A stretch of 41,144 nucleotides of DNA, taken from the IMG/VR virus record IMGVR_UViG_2579778538_000003. The stretch is one strand, 5' to 3'. Every line of letters begins with the position of its first letter. Position 1 is the stretch's first letter. The position numbers and the translations under genes are program-made. Below the pieces are notes generated by a model. It saw only the letters and a program-made list of their open reading frames with translations. It was not told the DNA's origin and searched no databases. The stretch comes from a virus (taxonomy: Duplodnaviria; Heunggongvirae; Uroviricota; Caudoviricetes). Below are positions 1 through 8,200 of this stretch, piece by piece.

Positions 1-411
1 CAGCCGGGCAGTGATGTGATTGTCTGCGCTGAAATGGACGAACAGTGGGGCTACGTCGGTGCTAAATCACGTCAGCGCTGGCTGTTTTACGCGTATGACA
101 GGATACGGAGGACGGTTGTGGCGCACGTCTTCGGTGAACGCACTCTGGCCACACTGGAGCGTCTTCTGAGCCTGCTGTCGGCCTTTGAGGTCGTGGTATG
201 GATGACGGATGGCTGGCCGCTGTATGAATCCCGCCTGAAGGGAAAGCTGCACGTAATCAGCAAGCGTTACACTCAGCGCATTGAGCGACATAACCTGAAT
301 CTGAGACAACATCTGGCAAGGCTGGGACGGAAGTCACTGTCGTTCTCAAAATCGGTGGAGCTGCATGACAAAGTCATCGGGCATTATCTGAACATAAAAC
401 ACTATCAGTAA
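1..411 (+). CDS. insB: IS1 transposase InsB, C-terminal part (5' end outside window)
   Basis: ORF 16..411 extends in frame back to position 1 (QPGSD...); sequence recognised as IS1 InsB. Confidence 0.9.
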   Translation, partial: QPGSDVIVCAEMDEQWGYVGAKSRQRWLFYAYDRIRRTVVAHVFGERTLATLERLLSLLSAFEVVVWMTDGWPLYESRLKGKLHVISKRYTQRIERHNLNLRQHLARLGRKSLSFSKSVELHDKVIGHYLNIKHYQ

Positions 412-426
412 GTTGGAGTCATTACC
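1..426 (+). mobile_element. IS1: IS1 insertion sequence, 3' portion (cut by window edge), with right terminal inverted repeat
   Basis: Translation from position 1 (..[36 protein letters not shown]) matches IS1 InsB as recalled; 409-426 TAAGTTGGAGTCATTACC is the reverse complement of the IS1 terminal repeat GGTAATGACTCCAACTTA. Confidence 0.9.
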
Positions 427-457
427 GAGAAATGCAGTATTGAATTTATCAATTTTT

Positions 458-697
458 CTATTTCCTGCGCATGTCACGTAACTTCTTAATGTGTTCTGCC
501 GTTTCGATCTCTTCTGCTATCCGATCTGCATCAGCTTTATTCACAGGTTCAAAGTCATGATTAAAGCGGAACATGCTGGCGATACATGTTCTGCCTTTTC
601 GGATGTAGTGAACTTTGTTGTGGGTAGAACGCAGGATTTTGCAGGGAGTGCCGTGGTGGTCGACGTACCAGGTGTTAGGGTCAATCACTCTGAACAT
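458..697 (-). CDS. hypothetical small prophage protein (79 aa)
   Basis: ORF with ATG start, leftward orientation shared with the exo-side early genes; no recognisable motif. Confidence 0.4.
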   Translation of the reverse strand: MFRVIDPNTWYVDHHGTPCKILRSTHNKVHYIRKGRTCIASMFRFNHDFEPVNKADADRIAEEIETAEHIKKLRDMRRK

Positions 698-1010
698 TCT
701 TGACCTTGTGTTGTGCGGATTGATATTCAGTGCTGATATTCACCTTTATAGCGAACACCTTTACCGGTTTATCGCCAAAGTGCGGATGTGTGATTGTCTT
801 CACTTCATATCCGTCATACGGAACATCAATTCTGCGACTGGAATCGTCGCGCTTCGGATATCCCTTTGTGATAATCAGGCGGTCATATTCCCGGAACATA
901 ATTCGCTTATTCCAGTAGTCATTACACAAGCGATACTCTTCCGTTTTCTCTCCGCGAATCATGGCATCGAAGTATTCACTTTTAACAGCAAGTTGCAGGT
1001 TAGCTATCAC
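681..1010 (-). CDS. small protein, possibly ASCH/PUA-like (109 aa from GTG; alternative ATG at 962 gives 93 aa)
   Basis: GTG start overlaps the upstream gene's stop (GTGA), suggesting translational coupling; N-terminal LQLAVKSEYFDAMIRGEKTEEYR resembles ASCH-type domains (from memory, unverified). Confidence 0.4.
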   Translation of the reverse strand: MIANLQLAVKSEYFDAMIRGEKTEEYRLCNDYWNKRIMFREYDRLIITKGYPKRDDSSRRIDVPYDGYEVKTITHPHFGDKPVKVFAIKVNISTEYQSAQHKVKNVQSD

Positions 1011-1228
1011 TTAATCCCCCTTTGTTTGCGGATAAGCTCCAGATCTTGCTGGCAACTGGCGCAAGTCCGACAACCCTGAACGGCCAGGCGTCTTCGTTCA
1101 TCTATCGGATCGCCACACTCACAACAATGAGTGGCAGATACAGCCAGGTAGTTCAGGCGGCGCATTTTTATTGCTGTGTTGCGCTGTAATTCTTCTATTT
1201 CTGATGCTGAATCAATGATGTCTGCCAT
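1007..1228 (-). CDS. TraR/DksA-family C4 zinc-finger protein (lambda Orf73-like), 73 aa
   Basis: CxxC...CxxC motif (HCCECGDPIDERRRLAVQGCRTCASC), 73-aa size and position left of the Red genes, as in lambda. Confidence 0.75.
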   Translation of the reverse strand: MADIIDSASEIEELQRNTAIKMRRLNYLAVSATHCCECGDPIDERRRLAVQGCRTCASCQQDLELIRKQRGIK

Positions 1229-1326
1229 CTTTCATTAATCCCTGAACTGTTGGTTAATACGCTTGAGGGTGAATGCGAACAATAAAAAAGGAGCCTGTAG
1301 CTCCCTGATAATTTTGCTTTTCATGT

Positions 1327-1608
1327 TCATCGTTCCTTAAAGACGCCGTTTAACATGCCGATTGCCAGGCTTAAATGAGTCGGTGTGAATCCCTTCAGCG
1401 TTACCGTTTCGCGGTGCTTCTTCAGTACGCTACGGCAAATGTCATTGACGTTTTTATCCGGAAACTGCTGTCTGACTTTTTTGATTTCAGAATTAGCCTG
1501 ACGGGCAATGCTGCGAAGGGCATTTTCTTGCTGAGGTGTCACTGAACAAGCCCCATGTCGGCAAGCATAAGCACACAGAATATGAAGCCCGCTGCCAGAA
1601 AAATGCAT
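1327..1608 (-). CDS. hypothetical protein (possibly lambda orf61 equivalent; start uncertain, in-frame GTG at 1542)
   Basis: ORF in the lambda ea/orf region left of exo; weak ribosome-binding site at the first ATG. Confidence 0.35.
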   Translation of the reverse strand: MHFSGSGLHILCAYACRHGACSVTPQQENALRSIARQANSEIKKVRQQFPDKNVNDICRSVLKKHRETVTLKGFTPTHLSLAIGMLNGVFKER

Positions 1609-1618
1609 TCAGTGGTTG

Positions 1619-1810
1619 TCATACCTGGTCTCTCTCATCTGCTTCTGCTTTCGCCACCATCATTTCCAGCTTTTGTGAAAGGGATGTGGCTAACGTATGA
1701 AATTCTTCGTCTGTTTCTGCTGGTATTGGCACAAACCTGACTCCAATTTGAGCAAGGCTATGTGCCAAATCAATACTCGTTCTTAACTCAACAGGAGATG
1801 CTTTGTGCAT
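1619..1810 (-). CDS. lambda Orf63-like protein (63 aa)
   Basis: 63-aa ORF at the lambda orf63 position; sequence looks familiar as lambda Orf63 (from memory). Confidence 0.6.
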   Translation of the reverse strand: MHKASPVELRTSIDLAHSLAQIGVRFVPIPAETDEEFHTLATSLSQKLEMMVAKAEADERDQV

Positions 1811-1971
1811 ACCGCCCCCCGTTTATTATTTATCTCCTCAGCCAGCCGCTGGGCTTTCAGCGGATTTCGGATAACAGAAAGACCGTGAAATACCCAGCCT
1901 CGCTTTGTAACGGAGTAGACGAAAGTGATCGCGCCTACCCGGATATTATCGTGAGGATGGGTCATCGCCAT
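1783..1971 (-). CDS. lambda orf60a-like protein (62 aa; 60 aa if started at second ATG 1965)
   Basis: ORF overlapping orf63 and the exo stop; GGAG ribosome-binding site upstream of the ATG at 1971. Confidence 0.5.
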   Translation of the reverse strand: MAMTHPHDNIRVGAITFVYSVTKRGWVFHGLSVIRNPLKAQRLAEEINNKRGAVCTKHLLLS

Positions 1972-2642
1972 TGCTCTCCAAATACAAAACCAATTTCAGC
2001 CAGTGCTTCGTCCATTTTTTCGATGAACTCCGGCACCATCTCGTCAAAACTCGCCATGTACTTTTCATCCCGCTCAACCACGACATAATGCAGGCCTTCA
2101 CGCTTCATTCGTGGGTCATAGTTGGCAAAGTACCAGGCATCTTTTCGTGTCACCCACATGCTGTACTGCACCTGGGCCATGTAAGCCGACTTTATGGCCT
2201 CGAAACCACCGAGCCGGAACTTCATGAAATCCCGGGAGGTAAACGGGCATTTCAGCTCAAGGCCATTGCCGTCACTGCATAAACCATCGGGAGAGCAGGC
2301 GGTGCGCATACTTTCGTCGCGATAGATGATCGGGGATTCAGTAACATTCACGCCGGAAGTGAATTCAAACAGGGTTCTGGCGTCGTTCTCGTACTGTTTT
2401 CCCCACGCCAGCGCCTTAGCATTAACTTCCGGAGCCACACCGGTGCAAACCTCAGCCAGCAGGGTGTGGAAGTAGGACATTTTCATGTCAGGCCACTTCT
2501 TTCCTGAGCGGGGCTTTGCTATCACGTTGTGAACTTCTGAAGCGGTGATGACGCCGAGCCGTAATTTGTGCCATGCATCATCCCCCTGTTCGACAGCTCT
2601 CACGTCGATCCCGGTACGCTGCAGGATAATGTCCGGTGTCAT
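1962..2642 (-). CDS. exo: lambda exonuclease (Red-alpha), 226 aa
   Basis: Translation [36 protein letters not shown]... essentially identical to lambda Exo as recalled. Confidence 0.97.
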   Translation of the reverse strand: MTPDIILQRTGIDVRAVEQGDDAWHKLRLGVITASEVHNVIAKPRSGKKWPDMKMSYFHTLLAEVCTGVAPEVNAKALAWGKQYENDARTLFEFTSGVNVTESPIIYRDESMRTACSPDGLCSDGNGLELKCPFTSRDFMKFRLGGFEAIKSAYMAQVQYSMWVTRKDAWYFANYDPRMKREGLHYVVVERDEKYMASFDEMVPEFIEKMDEALAEIGFVFGEQWR

Positions 2643-3424
2643 GCTGCCACCTTCTGCTCAGTGGCTTTCTGTTTCAGGAATCCAAGAGCTTTCACTGCTT
2701 CGGCCTGTGTCAGTTCTGACGATGCGCGAATGTCGCGGCGAAATATCTGGGAACAGAGCGGCAATAAGTCGTCATCCCATGTTTTGTCCAGGGCAATCAG
2801 CAGAGTGTTAATCTCCTGCATGGTTTCATCGTTAACCGGAGTGATGTCGCGTTCCGGCTGACGTTCCGCAGTGTATGCAGTATTTTCGACAATGCGCTCG
2901 GCTTCATCCTTGTCATAGATACCAGCAAATCCGAAGGCCAGACGGGCACACTGAATCATGGCTTTATGCCGTAACATCCGTTTGGGATGCGACTGCCACG
3001 GCCCCGTGATTTCTCTGCCTTCGCGAGTTTTGAATGGTTCGCGGCGGCATTCATCCATCCATTCGGTAACGCAGATCGGATGATTGCGGTCTTTGCGGTA
3101 AATCCGGCACGTACATGATTCATTGTCCTGCTCAAAGTCCATGCCATCAAACTGCTGGTTTTCATTGATGATGCGGGACCAGCCATCAACGCCCACCACC
3201 GGAACGATGCCGTTCTGCTTATCAGGGAAGGCGTAAATTTCTTTCGTCCACGGATTAAGGCCGTACTGGTTGGCGACGATCAGCAATGCGATGAACTGCG
3301 CATCGCTGGCATCACCTTTAAATGCCGTCTGACGAAGAGTGGTGATCAGTTCCTGTGGGTCGACAGAATCCATGCCGACACGTTCAGCCAGCTTCCCAGC
3401 CAGCGTTGCGAGTGCTGTACTCAT
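2639..3424 (-). CDS. bet: lambda Bet (Red-beta) single-strand annealing protein, 261 aa
   Basis: Translation [48 protein letters not shown]... matches lambda Bet; overlaps exo start by 4 nt. Confidence 0.97.
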   Translation of the reverse strand: MSTALATLAGKLAERVGMDSVDPQELITTLRQTAFKGDASDAQFIALLIVANQYGLNPWTKEIYAFPDKQNGIVPVVGVDGWSRIINENQQFDGMDFEQDNESCTCRIYRKDRNHPICVTEWMDECRREPFKTREGREITGPWQSHPKRMLRHKAMIQCARLAFGFAGIYDKDEAERIVENTAYTAERQPERDITPVNDETMQEINTLLIALDKTWDDDLLPLCSQIFRRDIRASSELTQAEAVKALGFLKQKATEQKVAA

Positions 3425-3429
3425 CCGTT

Positions 3430-3726
3430 TTATACCTCTGAATCAATATCAACATGGTGGTGAGCAATGGTTTCAACCATGTACCGGATGTGTTCTGCCA
3501 TGCGCTCCTGAAACTCAACATCGTCATCAAACGCACGGGTAATGGCTTTTTTGCTGGCCCCGCAGCGTTGCAAATGATCGATGCAGAGTGATTCAAACAG
3601 GTGCTGTGGAAGACCTTTTTCCATGTCGTCTGCCAGTTCTGCCTCTTTCTCTTCACGGGCGATCTGCTGGTAGTGACGCGCCCAGCTTTGAGCCTCAAGA
3701 CGATCCTGAATGTAATAAGCGTTCAT
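3430..3726 (-). CDS. gam: Gam host RecBCD inhibitor (short GamS-length form, 98 aa)
   Basis: Translation [54 protein letters not shown]... matches lambda Gam; no in-frame upstream start for the longer form. Confidence 0.95.
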   Translation of the reverse strand: MNAYYIQDRLEAQSWARHYQQIAREEKEAELADDMEKGLPQHLFESLCIDHLQRCGASKKAITRAFDDDVEFQERMAEHIRYMVETIAHHHVDIDSEV

Positions 3727-3801
3727 GGCTGAACTCCTGAAAATGGCTGTGAAAATATCGCCTGCGAAATGCCGGGCTGATTAGGTAAACAGGAAAGGGG
3801 A

Positions 3802-4092
3802 TTAGTGATTCAGGCCGTTGCCGCGTCCGTCGAGAAAAACTTCCACGAGCAAATCACGGGTATAAGTGCGCTCGATGCCGCGATGCAGATAAAGCCGTCC
3901 GCGTAAATTAGCTGATGCAGTCCAGGTACCATCTTTGTGTTTGACCAGCATTCCTGGCATGACCGCACCGCGATTAACGGTCTGCGTTCCGTAATGTTGA
4001 TGAACCATAAAAACTCCTGCCCGTAAGCTGGGCTGCTGAACATATAGAGACTTCTGCGCGTATTCAGGCGGTGGATGGCCGCCGGTTGTCAT
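3802..4092 (-). CDS. hypothetical protein in the kil/cIII position (96 aa)
   Basis: First ORF downstream of the putative pL/OL region on the leftward strand; identity not recognised; an alternative overlapping frame exists (3810..4043). Confidence 0.35.
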   Translation of the reverse strand: MTTGGHPPPEYAQKSLYVQQPSLRAGVFMVHQHYGTQTVNRGAVMPGMLVKHKDGTWTASANLRGRLYLHRGIERTYTRDLLVEVFLDGRGNGLNH

Positions 4093-4261
4093 AACTAAGC
4101 CGCCTCGTTGAAGCGACTAAGGTATGAAATGTTGAGTTAATTTCAGCTGGTCACACCGACGTTCACGCGTCCGTTTCACCCCTCGCACTCCCCGAAGCCT
4201 GCTGAAATTCAAACTGCGGATCTAAGCGGTCATCGCAACGGTGAATCAGGTAGTTGCCGTA

Positions 4262-4360
4262 TCGTTGTGTTGTTGCGATGAACTTATTTAAAACTATAGT
4301 TGTTTTATCGTCAACAACAAAAGTTGTTTTATTGGTTGTTTTAGATATAACTGGTTGTAT
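4262..4360 (-). promoter_or_regulatory. putative OL/pL operator-promoter region
   Basis: Several copies of the GGTTGTT/AACAACC half-site also found at OR, including palindrome AACAACAAAAGTTGTT; possible -35 TTGACG on the minus strand. Confidence 0.45.
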
Positions 4361-4450
4361 TTAGGATGGATTTATTTTGTGACTTGAATCGCATAGCGAT
4401 AACTGAAGCGAGGTTATGGTGGTTTTTTTAACGGTGTGTGTGATGAGGGG

Positions 4451-4482
4451 AGGGCAAAAGAAAACCCGGCACGGTGACCGGG
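4451..4482 (-). terminator. rho-independent terminator on the leftward strand just downstream of the repressor gene (t_imm-like)
   Basis: Minus-strand hairpin CCCGG-TCACCGTG-CCGGG followed by TTTTCTTTTG. Confidence 0.6.
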
Positions 4483-4603
4483 ATTCTTACGCCGTTAGGT
4501 AAAGATATTATTGCGGTGGCTTAATATTACTACCTAGAGCAAAGATAGGAATTAGTTCTTTACTGAATGAGCACAATGCCCAGTTGATAATTTTTAATTG
4601 GTA

Positions 4604-5293
4604 CTACCCATGCTTCCTATATGTCTGCGGCATGCTCCCAATAACCTTACCGAAGATGAACACCCGGTTCATCTCGTCTTTCTCGATCGGGTCCCACGGT
4701 GAGTAGCTTTTGTTATCAGAGATGACCAGCAGCTTATCCTTCATCATTTGCAGGCGCTTTACATGGGCTGTGTCGTCGTACAGAAACGCATAGATACCAT
4801 CACCGTCGAAAGATTTAACTGTGATATCAACGAACAGCAGATCACCTGGTTCGATCGTTCCTGACATGCTGTCACCACGCACGTTAATGATGCGGATATT
4901 TTCCGCCTTCCTACCATCGAACATGTGACGAGCATCGTCAAACGAGTACTCAACCGAGCGTAGAACTTCTACAAACTCACGGTTGATGACTCCCGGCCCA
5001 GCACTGACTTCTATATCAAGAACGTCAATCTTGAAGTATTTGGAATGGCTGACAGTTGATTGTATTGGTTGCACTGTACTGTCTGACATATTTCCAACGC
5101 CAGAAGATAACCATTCTGCGCGCACACCCAAAGCGTTCGCGATCTCCACGATTTTAGTTGTTTGATTAGCTTTCCCTGTTTCGATTTTCTGAATAGCAGC
5201 CTGGCTAACCCCGACCAAATCCCCAAGCGCCTTTTGTGTAAGGCCTCGCGCTAATCTGGCTTCTTTAAGTCTTTCTGAGAGTGTTGTTTTCAT
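4604..5293 (-). CDS. CI-like prophage repressor (N-terminal XRE-type HTH plus C-terminal S24/LexA-like autopeptidase), 229 aa
   Basis: HTH segment LTQKALGDLVGVSQAAIQKIETGK; C-terminal GDSMSGTIEPGDLLFVD with downstream lysine as in LexA/CI; ATG at 5293 chosen because MKTTLSERLK begins the HTH domain; divergent from the cro-like gene. Confidence 0.85.
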   Translation of the reverse strand: MKTTLSERLKEARLARGLTQKALGDLVGVSQAAIQKIETGKANQTTKIVEIANALGVRAEWLSSGVGNMSDSTVQPIQSTVSHSKYFKIDVLDIEVSAGPGVINREFVEVLRSVEYSFDDARHMFDGRKAENIRIINVRGDSMSGTIEPGDLLFVDITVKSFDGDGIYAFLYDDTAHVKRLQMMKDKLLVISDNKSYSPWDPIEKDEMNRVFIFGKVIGSMPQTYRKHG

Positions 5294-5397
5294 AGTCCAA
5301 ATGTACAACCAAGGTTTTATTCCATCAAACGAAAATGGTTGTTGACTAAAAACAACCATAGTTTTAATCTTGATTCAAATTAACCACGGAGGTTGTT
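5294..5397. promoter_or_regulatory. putative OR operator/pR-pRM divergent promoter region
   Basis: 25-bp palindrome ATGGTTGTT-GACTAAA-AACAACCAT (5335-5359) with embedded TTGACT -35-like hexamer; extra GGTTGTT half-sites; GGAGG ribosome-binding site before the cro-like ATG. Confidence 0.6.
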
Positions 5398-5628
5398 ATG
5401 AACCCAGCTATCAAAACAGCGATCAATATCGTTGGTTCACAAAAGAAACTGGGCGCTGCTTGCGAAGTTTCACAGCAGGCCGTCTATAAGTGGCTTCACA
5501 ACAAAGCAAAGGTATCCCCTGAACATGTCGGCAGCATTGTTACGGCTACTGGTGGAGTAGTGAAGGCATACCAGATTCGCCCGGATCTTCCGAAGTTGTT
5601 TCCACACACCGAAAAGAACGCAGCTTAA
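5398..5628 (+). CDS. Cro-like / YdaS-like HTH regulator (76 aa)
   Basis: Small HTH protein (LGAACEVSQQAVYKWL) transcribed divergently from the repressor, immediately right of the operator region. Confidence 0.7.
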   Translation: MNPAIKTAINIVGSQKKLGAACEVSQQAVYKWLHNKAKVSPEHVGSIVTATGGVVKAYQIRPDLPKLFPHTEKNAA

Positions 5629-5697
5629 ATTTCCATTTCACGCTCTTTAACAATAAGCAATCAACTTAACAGTCAATTCAAACTAAAGGAGTCAATT

Positions 5698-6237
5698 ATG
5701 CAACCACTTACATACCAACAGACTAGCGGATTTAGCCCGACTGCGGTGATAAATCGTTCTCAAACAAAACAGGTGCCAGGCCACGAAAAAATCCGTGATG
5801 CCGTCCGCGCCTGGTCGGCTGTAGATAATCAGGATGTCGTTGCCACACTCATTGTGAATGAGTATCTGGAGCAGGGCGGCGGCACCATCGATTTCCCTGA
5901 TGATGTCAGCCGTGCACGCCAGAAGCTGTTCCGCTTCCTCGATAACAAATTCGATTCTGAAAAATACCGAAATAACGTGCGTGAACTGACCCCGGCAATT
6001 CTGGCGGTACTACCGCTGGAATATCGCGGTTACCTGGTTGAGCAGGATAGCTTCATGGCTAGGTTGGCTGAAATGGAAAAGGAACTCAGTGAGGCAAAAC
6101 AGGCTGTCATTCTCAACGCACCACGCCACCAGAAACTGAAGGAAATTAGTGAAGGTATTGTGTCGATGTTTCGTGTGGACCCAGATCTGGCTGGTCCATT
6201 GATGGCGATGGTTACTACCATGCTGGGGGCGATATGA
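5698..6237 (+). CDS. YdaT-like protein (proposed CII functional analogue), 179 aa
   Basis: Occupies the cII position between cro-like and O; motifs EYLEQGGG and TPAILAVLP resemble Rac YdaT as recalled (unverified). Confidence 0.5.
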   Translation: MQPLTYQQTSGFSPTAVINRSQTKQVPGHEKIRDAVRAWSAVDNQDVVATLIVNEYLEQGGGTIDFPDDVSRARQKLFRFLDNKFDSEKYRNNVRELTPAILAVLPLEYRGYLVEQDSFMARLAEMEKELSEAKQAVILNAPRHQKLKEISEGIVSMFRVDPDLAGPLMAMVTTMLGAI

Positions 6238-6323
6238 CAGGTTCAGAAATGGCGAAAGCCGGTCTGCTGGAACAGAACCGACTTTCAGGTGCAAATCGTA
6301 ACACACTCATTGCGGGAGGAATT

Positions 6324-7253
6324 ATGGCAAACACTGCTGAGATATTCAATTTTCCAGTGCCGGATGCGGCACAAAAGGAGCCGCGCGTGGCAGATCTCGA
6401 TGATGGTTATACGCGCATTGCAAATGAGTTGCTGGAAGCTGTGATGCTGGCCGGATTAACACAGCACCAGCTTCTGGTCTTTCTGGCTGTCATGCGCAAA
6501 ACATATGGCTTTAATAAAAAACTGGATTGGGTTAGCAACGAGCAACTTTCCGAATTAACCGGGATATTGCCGCACAAGTGTTCTGCTGCAAAAAGTGTTC
6601 TGGTAAAGCGTGGGATTTTTATTCAGAGCGGGCGGAATACCGGCATTAATAATGTGGTCAGTGAATGGTCAACATTACCCGAATCAGGTAAGAAAAATAA
6701 AGTTTACCTGAAAGAGGTAAATTTACCTGAATCAGGTAAAAAAAGTTTACCCAAATCAGGTAAAGGCGTTTACCCGAATCAGGTAAACACAAAAGACAAA
6801 CTAACAAAAGACAATATAAAACCTTTTTCGTCCGAGAATTCTGGCGAATCCTCTGACCAACCAGAAAACGATCTTCCTGTGGTGAAACCGGATGCTGCAA
6901 TTCAGAGCGGCAGCAAGTGGGGGACAGCAGAAGACCTGACCGCCGCAGAGTGGATGTTTGACATGGTGAAGACCATCGCGCCATCAGCCAGAAAACCGAA
7001 TTTTGCAGGGTGGGCTAACGATATCCGCCTGATGCGTGAACGTGACGGACGTAACCACCGCGACATGTGCGTGCTGTTCCGCTGGGCATGCCAGGACAAC
7101 TTCTGGTCCGGTAACGTGCTAAGTCCGGCCAAACTCCGCGACAAGTGGACCCAACTCGAAATCAACCGTAACAAGCAACAGGCAGGCGTGACAGCTAGCA
7201 AACCAAAACTCGACCTGACAAACACAGACTGGATTTACGGGGTGGATCTATGA
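6324..7253 (+). CDS. O: lambda-type replication initiator O (start at ATG 6324 with GGAGG ribosome-binding site; longer ORF opens at 6234)
   Basis: N-terminus MANTAEIFNFPV...VADLDDGYTRIANELLEA...RKTYGFNK parallels lambda O; C-terminus nearly identical to lambda O; ori iterons lie inside the gene. Confidence 0.85.
   Translation: MANTAEIFNFPVPDAAQKEPRVADLDDGYTRIANELLEAVMLAGLTQHQLLVFLAVMRKTYGFNKKLDWVSNEQLSELTGILPHKCSAAKSVLVKRGIFIQSGRNTGINNVVSEWSTLPESGKKNKVYLKEVNLPESGKKSLPKSGKGVYPNQVNTKDKLTKDNIKPFSSENSGESSDQPENDLPVVKPDAAIQSGSKWGTAEDLTAAEWMFDMVKTIAPSARKPNFAGWANDIRLMRERDGRNHRDMCVLFRWACQDNFWSGNVLSPAKLRDKWTQLEINRNKQQAGVTASKPKLDLTNTDWIYGVDL
6675..6785. repeat. replication origin iterons: five 17-bp palindromic repeats TTACC(C/T)(G/A/T)AA(T/A)(C/G)AGGTAA inside O, followed by an AT-rich stretch
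   Basis: Direct reading: iterons at 6675-6691, 6704-6720, 6723-6739, 6747-6763, 6769-6785; AT-rich segment 6786-6830; same architecture as lambda ori. Confidence 0.75.
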
Positions 7254-7951
7254 AAAACATCGCCGCACAGATGATTAACTTTGACCGTGAGCAGATGCGT
7301 CGGATCGCCAACAACATGCCGGAACAGTACGACGAAAAGCCGCAGGTACAGCAGGTAGCGCAGATAATCAACGGTGTATTCAGCCAGTTACTGGCAACTT
7401 TCCCGGCGAGCCTGGCTAATCGTGACCAGAACGAACTGAACGAAATCCGCCGCCAGTGGGTTCTGGCTTTCCGGGAAAACGGGATCACCACGATGGAGCA
7501 GGTGAGCGACGGAATGCGTGTTGCCCGTCGGCAGAATAGACCATTTCTGCCATCACCCGGGCAGTTTGTTGCATGGTGCCGGGAAGAAGCATCCGTTACC
7601 GCCGGGCTGCCAAACGTCAGCGAGCTGGTTGATATGGTTTACGAGTATTGCCGGAAGCGTGGTCTGTATCCGGATGCAGAGTCTTATCCGTGGAAATCAA
7701 ACGCGCACTACTGGCTGGTTACCAACCTGTATCAGAACATGCGGGCCAATGCGTTGACTGACGCGGAATTACGGCGCAAGGCTGCCGATGAACTGGCCTG
7801 TATGACCGCGCGAATTAACCGTGGTGAGGCTATACCTGAACCAGTAAAACAACTTCCTGTCATGGGCGGTAGGCCTCTAAATCGTGCACAGGCTCTGGCG
7901 AAGATCGCAGAAATCAAAGCTAAGTTCGGGCTGAAAGGAGCGATGAAATAG
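7250..7951 (+). CDS. P: lambda replication protein P (DnaB loader), 233 aa
   Basis: Translation MKNIAAQMINFDREQMRRIANNMPEQYDEKPQVQQVAQIINGVF... essentially identical to lambda P; ATG overlaps the O stop. Confidence 0.97.
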   Translation: MKNIAAQMINFDREQMRRIANNMPEQYDEKPQVQQVAQIINGVFSQLLATFPASLANRDQNELNEIRRQWVLAFRENGITTMEQVSDGMRVARRQNRPFLPSPGQFVAWCREEASVTAGLPNVSELVDMVYEYCRKRGLYPDAESYPWKSNAHYWLVTNLYQNMRANALTDAELRRKAADELACMTARINRGEAIPEPVKQLPVMGGRPLNRAQALAKIAEIKAKFGLKGAMK

Positions 7952-8200
7952 AGCTAAAGTATTAGCTTAAAAATAAAGTATACCTAGCGAATATAATCTA
8001 GGACTAGTTGTAACGCCCGAAATGATTGATTGCGTGAGCAACAAAATTTTTCTTCCATTGTTGTGAAATCATTTAGCCATAAAGTTTATGCAGAGATTTT
8101 ATTTTATTTTTGAGTTGATTTTTTTGTAACGAGCTGTATATTTCGCGCCTCTTGTCATACCAGTTATTTTTTTCATTATATTCATAACGTTGATTGAACT

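Noticed and set aside
615-1079. 154-aa plus-strand ORF overlapping the leftward small genes
   Set aside because: Antisense to a compact leftward operon with coupled starts and stops; plus-strand transcription is unlikely directly downstream of the IS1 end and the translation is low-complexity.
3810-4043. Alternative 77-aa frame overlapping the 3802..4092 ORF
   Set aside because: Cannot be distinguished from the 96-aa frame by inspection; reported the longer frame because its start sits at the expected position behind the operator region, with low confidence.
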